DNA of 64,000 nt. Source: an uncultured Erysipelotrichaceae bacterium. GTDB lineage: Bacteria > Bacillota_I > Bacilli_A > RF39 > UBA660. The position numbers and the translations under genes were made by a program. Location: assembly GCA_902783895.1 (NCBI GenBank), contig CACZST010000034.1, positions 23,748 through 87,747 of the forward strand. The letters are read 5' to 3'. This document shows positions 29,897 to 40,464 of the stretch, piece after piece; positions within the stretch are counted from its first letter, which is position 1; each line of letters opens with the position of its first letter. The notes below the pieces were generated by a model. The model worked only from the letters and a program-made list of their open reading frames with translations, was not told the origin of the DNA and made no database searches.

Positions 29897-32077
29897 CTAT
29901 TTTCTTAATTTTAATGTTTTTGTTTTAACTGTTTTTTCCTCTTCAATATTATTTTCTTCAGTTTCTTCTTTGAATTTTTCTTTGGAAACAACTAAATAAA
30001 TTGTTCTGTCTGGGATTGATACAGCTTTAACTAAAGCATATACTCTTCCACCTAATTTATATTTAGGTTTTTCACCATTTTTATTTGGTTTTCTTATAAT
30101 ATCATCGTTAGCGACAATACCCCTTATATGGTTATCAAGTTTAATTTCCATTTTTGAAGGAGTGATTCTAGTAATTTTTCCTTCAAATGTTTCATTAATG
30201 TGTTCACTCATGAACTGAGCCATTTTTAATTCCATAGTTTCTCTTTCAGCTGTGTCAGCTTCTCTTTCCATGAATGATGAATGTTCACATATTTCTGGTA
30301 GTTCTTTTTCTAACTTATCTAACCCTTCATATGTTTGGTAATGATTAATTAGGTTATGAACTTCTAAATCTGGGAATCTTCTGATTGGTGATGTAAAGTG
30401 TGTATAATGAGTTAATGATAACCCATAATGTCCTTCATTTTGGTGAGAATAGATAGCTTTACTCATTCCTCTTAAAAGCTGGTTAGAAATTATTGTATAA
30501 TTTTCTGTATTTTTATAACTTTCTAAGAAATCTTTTATGTCTTTTGAGGTATAACCTTTATTTTTTATTTTATTTATTAATCTATCGGCTATGACACTAT
30601 CACAAAGTTCTTCTTCTTTTAGAGTTTTTAGTATTTCAACTATTTTATCAGGATCTGGAATGGCATGAATTCGGTATACGAATGGTCCTTCCATATATGA
30701 GTAATATTTTGTGACTGTTTCGTTTGCTGCTATCATAAAGTTTTCAATCAATTTTTCAGCAGGTCCTTGATATCTTTGTTTGAAATCTAATGGATTTCCA
30801 TTTTCATCTACTTCTACTTTTAATTCATCAGAATAAAAATCTATATTACCTCTTTGTTTACTATTTTCACTTAATATTTTAGATAATTCATACATTAACT
30901 TTAAATCAGATTCAAATTCTTCATAACCTTCAACTGTTTGATTTTTATCAATTATTAGGTTTACATCATCATAGTTCATTTTTTTCCTTGATCTTATGAC
31001 ACTGTCATATATCTTACTATCAATTATTTTACCATTTTTATTTATCTTCATTTCGACTGTTTTAGTTAATCTGTCAACTTTTTCATTTAATGAGCAAATT
31101 CCATTTGATAGTTGATGTGGAAGCATTGGTACGACAGAGTTAGCAAGATATGCGGATGTTCCTCTTTCCATAGCTTCACTATATAAAGCCATATTTTCTT
31201 TTACATAGTGAGTTACATCAGCAATATGAACACTTAAGATGTAATTACCATCATTATCCTTTTCGATGCTTATGGCATCATCCATATCTTTAGTGTCTAT
31301 ACCATCTATTGTGAAAATGGTTTTATCTCTTAAATCTTCTCTTCCTTTTATTTCTTCAGAAGTTACACAACTTGGAATTTTTTCTAATTCTTTTAGTGCT
31401 TTATCTGAAAATTCAGGCATAAATCCATGTCTGGCAGCAATGGCTTTAATATCAATATCTGGATCATCTTTGTGACCGAGAATTTTTTGCAACTTGCCGT
31501 CATAGATTAATTTACCATTAATAATGGCGTGAAGATCTTTTTCTAGTCTAACAAGTACTCTATGTCCTGCTACGATACCTGTTAATGTTGATTTTGGACA
31601 TAAGAATGTGATGTTATTTTTTAGACCGTATGGTATAAATTCTTTACCATCATATTCAAATATAGCAAATCCAGGATCTCTTTTTATTATTTTTTCTACT
31701 CTTCCTTTGAAACGTAATTTTCCACTTTTTTCTATATCTGTTAGGACGACTACGTCACCGTCTAAAGCTCCCCCTAAATTTTTTTCTGAAACAATATATT
31801 TTTCTTCATTTTGACCTTTTTTTAATATGATATACCCAGTACCATACTTGTCAATAGAAATTTTTCCTTGTATTTTGTGCAAATTTCTTGCACTAAATAT
31901 TTGATAATGATCACTTTCATCATAATATATTTGTCCATTTTCTTCTAAATCTTTTAATGCATTAGAAAAAGAAGCACAATCATCCTCACCTTTTACATGC
32001 AAAATTTTGCGCAATTGGCTTTCAGTGTGCTTCTTTTCTTTTAATAATTTAATTATTTGTCCTTTGATATCATTCAT
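29897..32077 (-). CDS. rnr: ribonuclease R
   Basis: 726 aa; cold-shock/OB domains, RNB catalytic domain, C-terminal S1 and basic tail. Confidence 0.9.
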   Translation of the reverse strand: MNDIKGQIIKLLKEKKHTESQLRKILHVKGEDDCASFSNALKDLEENGQIYYDESDHYQIFSARNLHKIQGKISIDKYGTGYIILKKGQNEEKYIVSEKNLGGALDGDVVVLTDIEKSGKLRFKGRVEKIIKRDPGFAIFEYDGKEFIPYGLKNNITFLCPKSTLTGIVAGHRVLVRLEKDLHAIINGKLIYDGKLQKILGHKDDPDIDIKAIAARHGFMPEFSDKALKELEKIPSCVTSEEIKGREDLRDKTIFTIDGIDTKDMDDAISIEKDNDGNYILSVHIADVTHYVKENMALYSEAMERGTSAYLANSVVPMLPHQLSNGICSLNEKVDRLTKTVEMKINKNGKIIDSKIYDSVIRSRKKMNYDDVNLIIDKNQTVEGYEEFESDLKLMYELSKILSENSKQRGNIDFYSDELKVEVDENGNPLDFKQRYQGPAEKLIENFMIAANETVTKYYSYMEGPFVYRIHAIPDPDKIVEILKTLKEEELCDSVIADRLINKIKNKGYTSKDIKDFLESYKNTENYTIISNQLLRGMSKAIYSHQNEGHYGLSLTHYTHFTSPIRRFPDLEVHNLINHYQTYEGLDKLEKELPEICEHSSFMEREADTAERETMELKMAQFMSEHINETFEGKITRITPSKMEIKLDNHIRGIVANDDIIRKPNKNGEKPKYKLGGRVYALVKAVSIPDRTIYLVVSKEKFKEETEENNIEEEKTVKTKTLKLRK

Positions 32078-32116
32078 AATAATTACCCCACTCTCCCTCT
32101 GGTTTTATTATAACAT

Positions 32117-32848
32117 TTATTTTCTATTTGACAATATTATTTTATTAAAAATGAATAAATATCTATCTTTCTCTGTTAAGTCTTTTTCTATTTTTATAGT
32201 ACTTTCATTAAAATATTTTCTAGCAATTTCTTTTAATTTTTCACCTTGATTCATTCCGATTTCAAAGGCTAAAATACTTTTGTCATTTAAATATTTTTTG
32301 GCTTCTTTAAGTATTTTTTTATAGAAATATAATCCATCATCTTCTGCGAATAATGCTAAATGTGGTTCATTATTTTTTACAATTTCTTCTATTTCTTCAT
32401 CAACGGCAATATAAGGTGGGTTACTTATTATAATATCAAATTTCCCATTTATGTTTTCAAACAAATCACTTTGGATAAATTCTACATTTAAATTATTTTT
32501 TAGAGAATTTTCTTTGGCAACTGTTAGAGCTTCTTTTGAAATATCACAAGCGGTAACATTTGCGTTTAAATGTTTTTTTAAGGTTAAGGCGATAGCCCCT
32601 GAACCAGTTCCAATATCTAATATATTTATTTTATCTGTAAAAATTTTTTCAGCATAATTTATGGTTTTTTGAACTAAATATTCTGTTTCAAATCTTGGGA
32701 TTAAAACATTTTCGTTAACTTTTAAATTTAAATCATAAAAATCAACATTACCAACAATATATTGAAGAGGTTTTCCTTTTTTATATGCCTCTAATCCTTT
32801 TTCATAATCTTTACTTAGATATTTTTTTAAGTACTCTTCGGGACTCAC
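32117..32848 (-). CDS. prmC: release factor glutamine N5-methyltransferase
   Basis: 243 aa; SAM-binding [10 protein letters not shown]; NPPY motif IIISNPPYI; overlaps prfA by 4 nt. Confidence 0.85.
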   Translation of the reverse strand: MSPEEYLKKYLSKDYEKGLEAYKKGKPLQYIVGNVDFYDLNLKVNENVLIPRFETEYLVQKTINYAEKIFTDKINILDIGTGSGAIALTLKKHLNANVTACDISKEALTVAKENSLKNNLNVEFIQSDLFENINGKFDIIISNPPYIAVDEEIEEIVKNNEPHLALFAEDDGLYFYKKILKEAKKYLNDKSILAFEIGMNQGEKLKEIARKYFNESTIKIEKDLTEKDRYLFIFNKIILSNRK

Positions 32849-33903
32849 TCTTGACCTCTTAGTTTTTGATTTTGATCTTCTGTAATTAGGGCTTCAATAA
32901 TGTCATCTAAGTTACCTTCCATAACACGGTCTAAGTTTTTTGTAGTATAACCAATACGATGGTCAGTTACTCTATTTTGTGGATAGTTATATGTTCTTAT
33001 TTTTTCTGATCTATCTCCGGTTCCTATTTTACTACGTCTTTCATTTCCTAGTTCTTCGGCTACTTCATTTAATTTAGCTTCATATAAACGCGCTCTTAAA
33101 ACTTGCATACATTTTTCTTTGTTTTGAATTTGGCTTCTTTCATTTTGACTGGTAACAACTGTGCCCGTTGGAAGGTGGGTTATTCTTACGGCACTATCAG
33201 TTGTGTTAACACCTTGGCCACCAGCTCCAGAACTTCTAAAAACATCGATTCTTAAATCTGATGGGTTTATTTCAATATCGACTTCTTCAGCTTCTGGCAT
33301 TATTAAGACTGTCGCCGTTGAAGTATGAACTCTTCCTTGAGTTTCTGTAACTGGTACTCTTTGAACACGGTGAGAACCACTTTCATATTTTAATTTTGAA
33401 TAAACCATATTACCTTTAACCATAAATTCAACTAATGGGAATCCACCAGCATCAGAATGTTCTTCGGTGATTACTTCGATTTTCCATCCTTGTTTTTCCG
33501 CATATTTGGTATACATACGGTATAAATCACCAGCGAAGATATTTGCTTCATCACCACCTGCAGCACCTCTTATTTCAACAATAACGTTTTTATCATCATT
33601 TGGATCTTTGGGTAAAAGCATAACTTCAATTTCTTTTTCTAAGTTTTCTTTTTCTAAAGAAAGTCTTGTAACTTCTTCTTTGGCAAATTCGCCAAGGTCT
33701 GGGTCTTTGGTTAATTCTTTAGACTGTTCTAGATCTTCTTCTATTTTTTTTAATTTTTGATATGCTTCATAAGCTGATTTTAATGATGCTTCTGTTTTTG
33801 AAAGTTCAGTTATTTTTTTAATATCACTTAGTACTTCAGGCTTACTTAATTCATTTGTTATTTCGATATATTTTTCTTCAATTGTTTTTAATCTCTCAAT
33901 CAT
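32845..33903 (-). CDS. prfA: peptide chain release factor 1
   Basis: 352 aa; PxT-type decoding region; GGQ in [23 protein letters not shown]. Confidence 0.95.
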   Translation of the reverse strand: MIERLKTIEEKYIEITNELSKPEVLSDIKKITELSKTEASLKSAYEAYQKLKKIEEDLEQSKELTKDPDLGEFAKEEVTRLSLEKENLEKEIEVMLLPKDPNDDKNVIVEIRGAAGGDEANIFAGDLYRMYTKYAEKQGWKIEVITEEHSDAGGFPLVEFMVKGNMVYSKLKYESGSHRVQRVPVTETQGRVHTSTATVLIMPEAEEVDIEINPSDLRIDVFRSSGAGGQGVNTTDSAVRITHLPTGTVVTSQNERSQIQNKEKCMQVLRARLYEAKLNEVAEELGNERRSKIGTGDRSEKIRTYNYPQNRVTDHRIGYTTKNLDRVMEGNLDDIIEALITEDQNQKLRGQE

Positions 33904-33973
33904 TTTTTCACCTTTTCTAATTTTAATTTCACCTTATTTTACAATAAAATTTATTATAAGTCAAAAAAACGAA

Positions 33974-34414
33974 TTAATCTTCTAATTCGTCTTCTTCTAT
34001 TACAGTTAGATCGTCAGTTTCTTCTAATGTTTCATCAATTTCATCATCAACATCATCAATGTCATCGTCATCTTCAGAGATGATATCGTCTAATTTTTCA
34101 TCTTCCTCTTCTTCGGTTTCTATTAATTCTTCATCCTCATCATCATCGTCAAGTTCGATTTTTATACTGTGGCGATCACGTAAGTCCCATGTTCCATCAT
34201 TTAGGGAAATGAAATTTTTGTCAGTAGTTAATGATGTGTAAAAATCACCTATTTTATTTGCGTAATCATCATCAGATAATTTAAGTAAACTGCATATTTT
34301 TTTAAATAATTCTGGAGTGTTTAAATTTTTACCTGATTCATCCAAAATCATTTTAGCAAGTTCCTGATAAGAATGTTGTTCTAACTCCTCTTGTGACATT
34401 TTTTCTAACTTCAT
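33974..34414 (-). CDS. rpoE: RNA polymerase delta subunit
   Basis: 146 aa; N-terminal HARE-HTH-like region (FYTSLTTDKNFISLNDGTWDLRD matches the RpoE FYTDLNxDGRFxxLGDNxWGLR pattern) followed by a long D/E-rich acidic tail. Confidence 0.75.
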   Translation of the reverse strand: MKLEKMSQEELEQHSYQELAKMILDESGKNLNTPELFKKICSLLKLSDDDYANKIGDFYTSLTTDKNFISLNDGTWDLRDRHSIKIELDDDDEDEELIETEEEEDEKLDDIISEDDDDIDDVDDEIDETLEETDDLTVIEEDELED

Positions 34415-34461
34415 GTTCTCACCTTCCTACGTTATAAATCTTAAAACATTGTATCATATTT

Positions 34462-34827
34462 TTATAGACTGTCAATAGAAAAATCTAAAATATATTCAAA
34501 GGTGTCAATTATTTGTTTATCAATAATTAATTTATACTTTATTTTTATTTTGTTTGCAGACTTTTCTATATTTAGAGTTTCTGTTTCTAAGTCAAAGTAA
34601 CCAAATGGGGTTTTATATTTTCCTTTTAATATGGAGTTTTCTTTAAAGTTTAATTCAATTAGATAATCTTTTATTCTGATAATTTTTATAGTATCATCAA
34701 GAATTATTTTTGTTTTTACTTCTCCATCTATATAAGAAATAGAGCTTCCGTTTTTAATAGCTTTTCCTTTAAATTCATGATTTTCTTCTTTACTTTTGGT
34801 CTTTGCCTTTATATTTATCTTACTCAT
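34462..34827 (-). CDS. hypothetical small beta-rich protein (possibly DUF1934/YwiB-like)
   Basis: 121 aa ORF downstream of rpoE. Confidence 0.35.
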   Translation of the reverse strand: MSKINIKAKTKSKEENHEFKGKAIKNGSSISYIDGEVKTKIILDDTIKIIRIKDYLIELNFKENSILKGKYKTPFGYFDLETETLNIEKSANKIKIKYKLIIDKQIIDTFEYILDFSIDSL

Positions 34828-34926
34828 TTTGTCACTTCCGATGACAAGATTATAACATATATTTTGTTTTTTACTTATATTTTTTTAAAATTTTCTAATA
34901 ATAATGTTAGAAAGTGACGTGATTTT

Positions 34927-36891
34927 ATGAAAAAAGTTCGTAAAAAACGCAGAATTTGGGCTTTTATAATTGTGTTACTACTACCTTTTATTATTTACAC
35001 AGGACTTTACATTTATGCGAAATGTAGTCCTAAACTTAGAGTTGATGGGGCTAATGGATATTATTTTTATGATAAAGATGAGAAGGCTTATGATACAGGA
35101 GCAAGTGAAAATTGGGTTAGTTTAGATGATATATCTGATGATTTAATTAAAGCTACTATTGCGACTGAGGATAAGCATTTTTATAAACATCAAGGATTCG
35201 ATTTTTTAAGAATTATTAAGGCGTTAGCGGTAAATTTTAAATCTGGATCTAAGCTTCAAGGTGCTTCGACAATTACTCAGCAATATTCAAAAAATTTATT
35301 TTTAGATTTTGATAAAACTTGGGATAGAAAAATAAAGGAAGCTTTCATTACTTTAAGGCTTGAGGCTCATTATAGTAAAGATGAGATTTTAGAGGGTTAT
35401 TTAAATACAATTAATTATGGTGGGATATTTGGAATTGAAAATGCATCTAAATATTATTTTAATAAAAAAGCAAAGGACTTGACTTTAGCTGAGGCTAGTA
35501 TGCTGGCGGGGATACCAAAAAATCCTAGTAGTTATTCACCTTTAGCTAATGAAAATAAAGCTAAAGAAAGGCAAAAGGTTATTTTAGATTCAATGGTTAA
35601 TAACAAAGACATTAAGGAAAGTGAGGCAAAAATTGCTTATAATACTAATCTTGTTTATCAAAAAGGAGATTTAAATAATAAAAGTTCTAATATGGTTCGC
35701 TATTATCAAGATGCGGTTATGCAGGAACTTTCGACTATAAAGACAATACCAACTTCATTTTTGGAAACTGGTGGTATTAAAATTTATACAAATTTAGATA
35801 ATACTGTTCAAAATTCTCTTGAAGAGTCTTCTAAAAATAATATGAAAAATAAAAATATTCAGATGTCTGGAGTTGCGTTGGATCCAAAAAATGGTAAGGT
35901 TTTAGCTTTGACTGGTGGGATGGATTACAATAAAAGTGAATATAATAGAGCTTTAAAGTCAAAAAGACAAGTTGGGTCCACTATTAAACCTTTTCTTTAT
36001 TATTCTGCTTTAGAAAATGGTTTTACACCATCAACGACATTTACTTCAGAGAAAACTATATTTACATTTTCGGGTGATAAGAGGTATTCGCCTAAAAATT
36101 ATAATGACAAATATGCGAATGGTCCACTTAGTTTAGCGGCGGCAATTAGTTATTCTGATAATATTTATGCGGTAAAAACAAATTTATTTTTAGGAGATAA
36201 TGCTCTTTCTGATATATTAAAACGAGTTGGTATTAATGAAAATCTTAGTTCTCTTCCCTCTTTAGCTTTGGGAGCTGAGGAGATAAGCATGATGGATATG
36301 ATTAGTGCTTATGGAACTTTAGCAAGTGAAGGATATAAAAATAAACCTTATTTTATTAGTAAGGTTACTGATATGAGTGGTAATGTTTTATATGAACATA
36401 AGTCTAATCCGGAAAATGTTTTAAATAAGAATACAGTTTATATTTTAAACGAACTTTTAACGACAACGTATGCGAAGGAGTTTGAAGATTATAATGTACC
36501 GACATGTTTATCAATTGCGCCAAAAATGAGTCATAAATATGCTTTAAAAAGTGGGACAACCCAGACTGATAATTTAATATTTGGATACAATAAAGAACTG
36601 GTACTTGGTCTTTGGAGTGGATATGATGATAATAAGGAAGTGAGTGGTGAGGATAGTAGTAATTTAAAAAATGTTTGGGTTGATACAATGGAAAAATCTT
36701 TAGAGGGTAAAAAAGATGAGATGTGGTACGATGTGCCTAGTAATGTGGTTGGTGTGGCAATAGATCCTATTAGTGGTAAACTTGCGGATAATGGTAAAAA
36801 AGCTAAAATTTTATATTATTTAAAAGGTACTGAACCGACACTTCAAAAGACTTCTTTAGATGATGAGGTTCCAGCAGTTAGAGCAGAATAA
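34927..36891 (+). CDS. class A penicillin-binding protein (bifunctional glycosyltransferase/transpeptidase, PBP1A-like)
   Basis: 654 aa; N-terminal TM; GT51 motifs IATEDKHFYKHQGFD, GASTITQQ; TPase motifs STIKP (SxxK), SDN, KSGTT. Confidence 0.9.
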   Translation: MKKVRKKRRIWAFIIVLLLPFIIYTGLYIYAKCSPKLRVDGANGYYFYDKDEKAYDTGASENWVSLDDISDDLIKATIATEDKHFYKHQGFDFLRIIKALAVNFKSGSKLQGASTITQQYSKNLFLDFDKTWDRKIKEAFITLRLEAHYSKDEILEGYLNTINYGGIFGIENASKYYFNKKAKDLTLAEASMLAGIPKNPSSYSPLANENKAKERQKVILDSMVNNKDIKESEAKIAYNTNLVYQKGDLNNKSSNMVRYYQDAVMQELSTIKTIPTSFLETGGIKIYTNLDNTVQNSLEESSKNNMKNKNIQMSGVALDPKNGKVLALTGGMDYNKSEYNRALKSKRQVGSTIKPFLYYSALENGFTPSTTFTSEKTIFTFSGDKRYSPKNYNDKYANGPLSLAAAISYSDNIYAVKTNLFLGDNALSDILKRVGINENLSSLPSLALGAEEISMMDMISAYGTLASEGYKNKPYFISKVTDMSGNVLYEHKSNPENVLNKNTVYILNELLTTTYAKEFEDYNVPTCLSIAPKMSHKYALKSGTTQTDNLIFGYNKELVLGLWSGYDDNKEVSGEDSSNLKNVWVDTMEKSLEGKKDEMWYDVPSNVVGVAIDPISGKLADNGKKAKILYYLKGTEPTLQKTSLDDEVPAVRAE

Positions 36892-36916
36892 AAGCATAGA
36901 TAATTTCTATGCTTAT
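36891..36916. terminator. bidirectional hairpin terminator between PBP1A and the convergent Fic/Doc gene
   Basis: aagcataga-taatt-tctatgctt followed by atttta. Confidence 0.5.
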
Positions 36917-37623
36917 TTTATGCTTTTAGCGTTTGCTATATCAACTTCTTGCTGTAATGTTTTATTGTCAATATCTTCAAGAATTGGTATATTTTCTGTA
37001 GCTTTATAAAAACCAACCATTGTTAAATTTTCAATATTTGATCTTTGTCTTAAGAATTCAGCAAAGCCCATATAATCTTGGGTATTTATAAATCTATAAT
37101 ATTCATCAATATCAGCTTTGGTAATGATAACTGGTGGAATGTTTTGTTTTAATAAATTTGTAGTTGTAATTAATTTTGCGCTTCTTTTATTTCCATCTTC
37201 AAATGGATGGATACGCATGTATGCGATATGAAACATTGCTTCTTTTAAAAATGGGTCAATTCCTTCCCACATATAATAATATTGAGCAAGCAATTGATTT
37301 AAATCATTAATAATATGTTCTGGTTCACTTGGGATAAAGCCAGCTTTATCTCCTGGGTCAACATCAATTCTTCTAAAGTTTTGTGGTACTTCTTCACCTT
37401 CATTTACTTTATCTCCAACAAAACGTATGTCACCTATGTTTAAATGTTCATCTTCCGGTTTTGACTGAAGATATTTAAAGGCTTCTAAAGTGTTTCTTAA
37501 TAATCTTTCTTTTTCTTTTTTACTTTCTGGTTTCTCTACTTCAACTGTTCCATATACAAATCTTTCAACAAAGAATTTAGCATATTTTTCATTAAATTTT
37601 CTTATGTCCATAATCTCGTCCAT
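36913..37623 (-). CDS. Fic/Doc-family protein (Doc-like HxFx(D/E)GNKR motif), no adjacent Phd-like antitoxin
   Basis: 236 aa; IHPFEDGNKRSAKL. Confidence 0.7.
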   Translation of the reverse strand: MDEIMDIRKFNEKYAKFFVERFVYGTVEVEKPESKKEKERLLRNTLEAFKYLQSKPEDEHLNIGDIRFVGDKVNEGEEVPQNFRRIDVDPGDKAGFIPSEPEHIINDLNQLLAQYYYMWEGIDPFLKEAMFHIAYMRIHPFEDGNKRSAKLITTTNLLKQNIPPVIITKADIDEYYRFINTQDYMGFAEFLRQRSNIENLTMVGFYKATENIPILEDIDNKTLQQEVDIANAKSIK

Positions 37624-37759
37624 AATAACACCTCACTTTTTGGTATTATATTAGAAATAAAAGTAATTGTCAAATTTACACTAACAAATTATTTAAACTT
37701 TTATACATTATGGAATATTTATTTATACCTTTAATATAATTTTTTAGGAGATGATATTA

Positions 37760-38113
37760 ATGAATAACAGTTTTTCGAATCAAAATAATTTTCCTGGAGC
37801 TCCCCTTTATTCAGGTGGAACCGCTGTTCCTAATCAACAGATGCAAAATAATACCCAGTTTGAACAATCATATATTGAAAACATTTTAAGACTTAACAGA
37901 GGAAAAAAGGTTGAAATTTATGCTTCATATCCTGATTCTACTGAATGGCGAGATAAGGTTTTTAGTGGTATAATTGAGCAATCAGGACGTGATCATATTA
38001 TTTTAAGCGATCCTAAAACTGGCAATTGGTATTTAATTTTAATCATTTATGTTGATTATATTAAGTTTGATGAGCGAATAATTTCTAGTAGTGAATTTTA
38101 TCCAAATAATTGA
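37760..38113 (+). CDS. spore coat protein GerQ-like (Gln/Asn-rich N-terminus plus conserved C-terminal domain)
   Basis: MNNSFSNQNNFPGAP...QFEQSYIENILRLNRGKKVEIY...GRDHIILSDPKTGNWYLILIIYVDYIKFDE resembles the GerQ family as I recall it; second ATG after AGGAG chosen. Confidence 0.5.
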   Translation: MNNSFSNQNNFPGAPLYSGGTAVPNQQMQNNTQFEQSYIENILRLNRGKKVEIYASYPDSTEWRDKVFSGIIEQSGRDHIILSDPKTGNWYLILIIYVDYIKFDERIISSSEFYPNN

Positions 38114-38156
38114 AAATAAAATAGGTATTTGTTATAATGATTATAGGTGATGATAG

Positions 38157-38702
38157 GTGGCAGTAATTATTGTTTGTTTGTCCGTTATTATCGTTGTTTG
38201 TATAGCTTTTGTTTGGATGGCAAATACTTATAATAAAATTCAAATAATGTCTATTAGAATAAATGAGGCAGAGGCTAATATTGATTCTGTTTTAAGGAAA
38301 AGATTTGATTTACTTAATAAGTCAATTGAGGTTATTAAGAATTTTGCTTCTGAAGAAGATGATGTACTTTCAATGATAGTAAAGCTTAGATCAAGAAAAC
38401 TTAGTAATTTCGAGCTTGATAGAAAGCTTTATGATGGTCTTAAAGAATTTTGCAAATATAAAGAGATGTATCCAAAGCTTAAGGTTAATGAGTCTTTTAT
38501 GAAGATTGATATTGCTTTAGGTGAGTCTGAGGCTGAAATAAGTGCTTTTAGAAAATATTATAATGATATTATTACTGATTATAATAAACTTGTTAAATCG
38601 TTTCCAGCTAATTTAGTTGCTTGGATGTTCAAGTTTAAAAGTAAGCCATATTTTGATGGTAAAAATATGGATGATGATATTATTAATGACTTTAAACTTT
38701 AA
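38157..38702 (+). CDS. lemA: LemA-family membrane protein, GTG start
   Basis: AGGTGA SD then GTG at 38157; N-terminal TM then YNKIQIMSIRINEAEANIDSVLRKRFDLL... typical of LemA. Confidence 0.75.
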   Translation: MAVIIVCLSVIIVVCIAFVWMANTYNKIQIMSIRINEAEANIDSVLRKRFDLLNKSIEVIKNFASEEDDVLSMIVKLRSRKLSNFELDRKLYDGLKEFCKYKEMYPKLKVNESFMKIDIALGESEAEISAFRKYYNDIITDYNKLVKSFPANLVAWMFKFKSKPYFDGKNMDDDIINDFKL

Positions 38703-38780
38703 AAACGGGAATACCTGTTTTTTAATTTGACATTATTTTATATTGGTGTATAATACACATATTCAAAAGGAGGGGTTGTT

Positions 38781-39593
38781 ATGGAAAGAATTGAAAAAGA
38801 AAATATTAATATTTCAAATTTAGAAGTTCTTAAAGAAAGAAAAAAGAAAAATAATGTAGATAGAGGTATTTTAGTTGCCCATGATAATAAACGTGTATAT
38901 AAGTTTTTTGATTGTGATTCAAAAAAATATATGGGTGAAATGCAGAAAAGAATCGAGCTATTAGGTGATGAAAATTATGATCGTCCCCTACTTTCTGTTT
39001 TCCCGGACGAAGAAATTTTTGATGGTGATAAATTTGTTGGGTATACTCAAGAATATATCCCTGATGCTGTATCTTTAAATGATGTTGTTATGTTTGATGA
39101 TAAAGACCTTTATGATTTTGTAAGATTATCTTCTAAGGCATCTGAGATATTAGATTATATTCATGGTGATTTTAGGGGTATTGTTTTATGTGATATGAAT
39201 TTTACAAATATAATTATTTCAAAAAAAGATAAATATAAAATACCATATTTTATTGATTTTGATGATTGTGCGATTGGTGGTAGAGTTGGTCCGACTGCAA
39301 TTTCAGTTAATTTAAATGCATTCTTGAAGGACAAAGGATTACCAAGAGTTGTGAGTCAGGAAACTGATAAAATATCTATGGCTATAAGTTTCTTTAATAT
39401 AATTTTTGGAACAAATAATTTTGCAATTTCACTTTATGATTTTGATATGATGTGTGAAAAATATCCTTTTTTAGAGGATATGAGAGATTTGTTTAAAAGT
39501 TTAAAAAGTGAAAGATGTTTATATGGTATTGATTATTTACATGATGTAATTGATCCAGATAAACTTGGTGAAGGTAAGAAACTAATTAAATAG
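38781..39593 (+). CDS. protein-kinase-like fold protein (APH/CotS-like), paralog 1 of a tandem pair
   Basis: 270 aa; IHGDFRGIVLCDMNFTNIII (HGD....N catalytic loop) and YFIDFDDCAIG (DFD = DFG-like metal-binding). Confidence 0.5.
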   Translation: MERIEKENINISNLEVLKERKKKNNVDRGILVAHDNKRVYKFFDCDSKKYMGEMQKRIELLGDENYDRPLLSVFPDEEIFDGDKFVGYTQEYIPDAVSLNDVVMFDDKDLYDFVRLSSKASEILDYIHGDFRGIVLCDMNFTNIIISKKDKYKIPYFIDFDDCAIGGRVGPTAISVNLNAFLKDKGLPRVVSQETDKISMAISFFNIIFGTNNFAISLYDFDMMCEKYPFLEDMRDLFKSLKSERCLYGIDYLHDVIDPDKLGEGKKLIK

Positions 39594-39603
39594 GAAGTGT
39601 TTT

Positions 39604-40464
39604 ATGGAAAAAATTGATAGAAAAGATATAGATTATTCAAAATTGACAATATTAAAAGAATGGTCAGCAACTAGGCCATCATCTGTTTTTACCGATGGTG
39701 ATAATGTTTATAAACTGTTTATGCATAATGACCGTTCTGAATTAAAACGCATTGAAAAAAGAGTTAGTATTTTGAGTACAGATGATATTTCGGATTATAC
39801 TATTTTACCTAAAACGGAAATTTATGATAATGGTCAATTTTCGGGATATGCACAAGATTACCTTCCAGATAGTAAAAGTTTATATTCTTATCGTGGATGT
39901 TTGAGTGAAGATTTACCTAATTTTATTTGGCTTGCTTCAGCTAGCTCAATGACATTAGACTTAATTCATAGTGATTATAGATTAATTAGAATGTGTGATA
40001 TGAACTTTAGCAATATTCTTATTTCAAAGGATCAAATTCCTTATTTTATTGATTTTGATGAAATAAAGGTTGGTCCGATAAGTCCAAGTGTTATTACATC
40101 TAAATTAAGTGCTTATTTAAATAAAAAAGGATTTGATGTTTATAGTTTGGCCGACAATAATTGTAAGGCAAATTTTAGATTATTAGATAATATTGCATTT
40201 ATGATATTTTTCTTCAATATATTTTTTGATAGGGATTTCTTTAAGATAACTATTGACGAATATGACGAAATGAGTGAAAAATTTTCTACACTTAAAAATT
40301 TAAGAGATATATTTTTAGATATTCAAAATTTAAAAGATATTAAAGGTATGGATTATTTATATGAAAGAGTTGATCCTAAAGATTTTCCTGAAGGAATTTT
40401 AGAAAGTGATAAAGCTTTAGATTTCTTTGAGGATTTTAATGATAGAAAAGAAAGACGTTTTTAA
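39604..40464 (+). CDS. protein-kinase-like fold protein, paralog 2 (HGD replaced by HSD)
   Basis: 286 aa; IHSDYRLIRMCDMNFSNILIS and YFIDFDEIKVG are collinear with paralog 1. Confidence 0.5.
   Translation: MEKIDRKDIDYSKLTILKEWSATRPSSVFTDGDNVYKLFMHNDRSELKRIEKRVSILSTDDISDYTILPKTEIYDNGQFSGYAQDYLPDSKSLYSYRGCLSEDLPNFIWLASASSMTLDLIHSDYRLIRMCDMNFSNILISKDQIPYFIDFDEIKVGPISPSVITSKLSAYLNKKGFDVYSLADNNCKANFRLLDNIAFMIFFFNIFFDRDFFKITIDEYDEMSEKFSTLKNLRDIFLDIQNLKDIKGMDYLYERVDPKDFPEGILESDKALDFFEDFNDRKERRF

Noticed and set aside
33974-34414. Highly acidic D/E-rich ORF, first suspected to be a low-complexity artefact
   Set aside because: It was retained as a real gene. The N-terminal region matches the RNA polymerase delta subunit pattern (FYT.L..D..F..L.D..W.LR) and the acidic tail is characteristic of RpoE.
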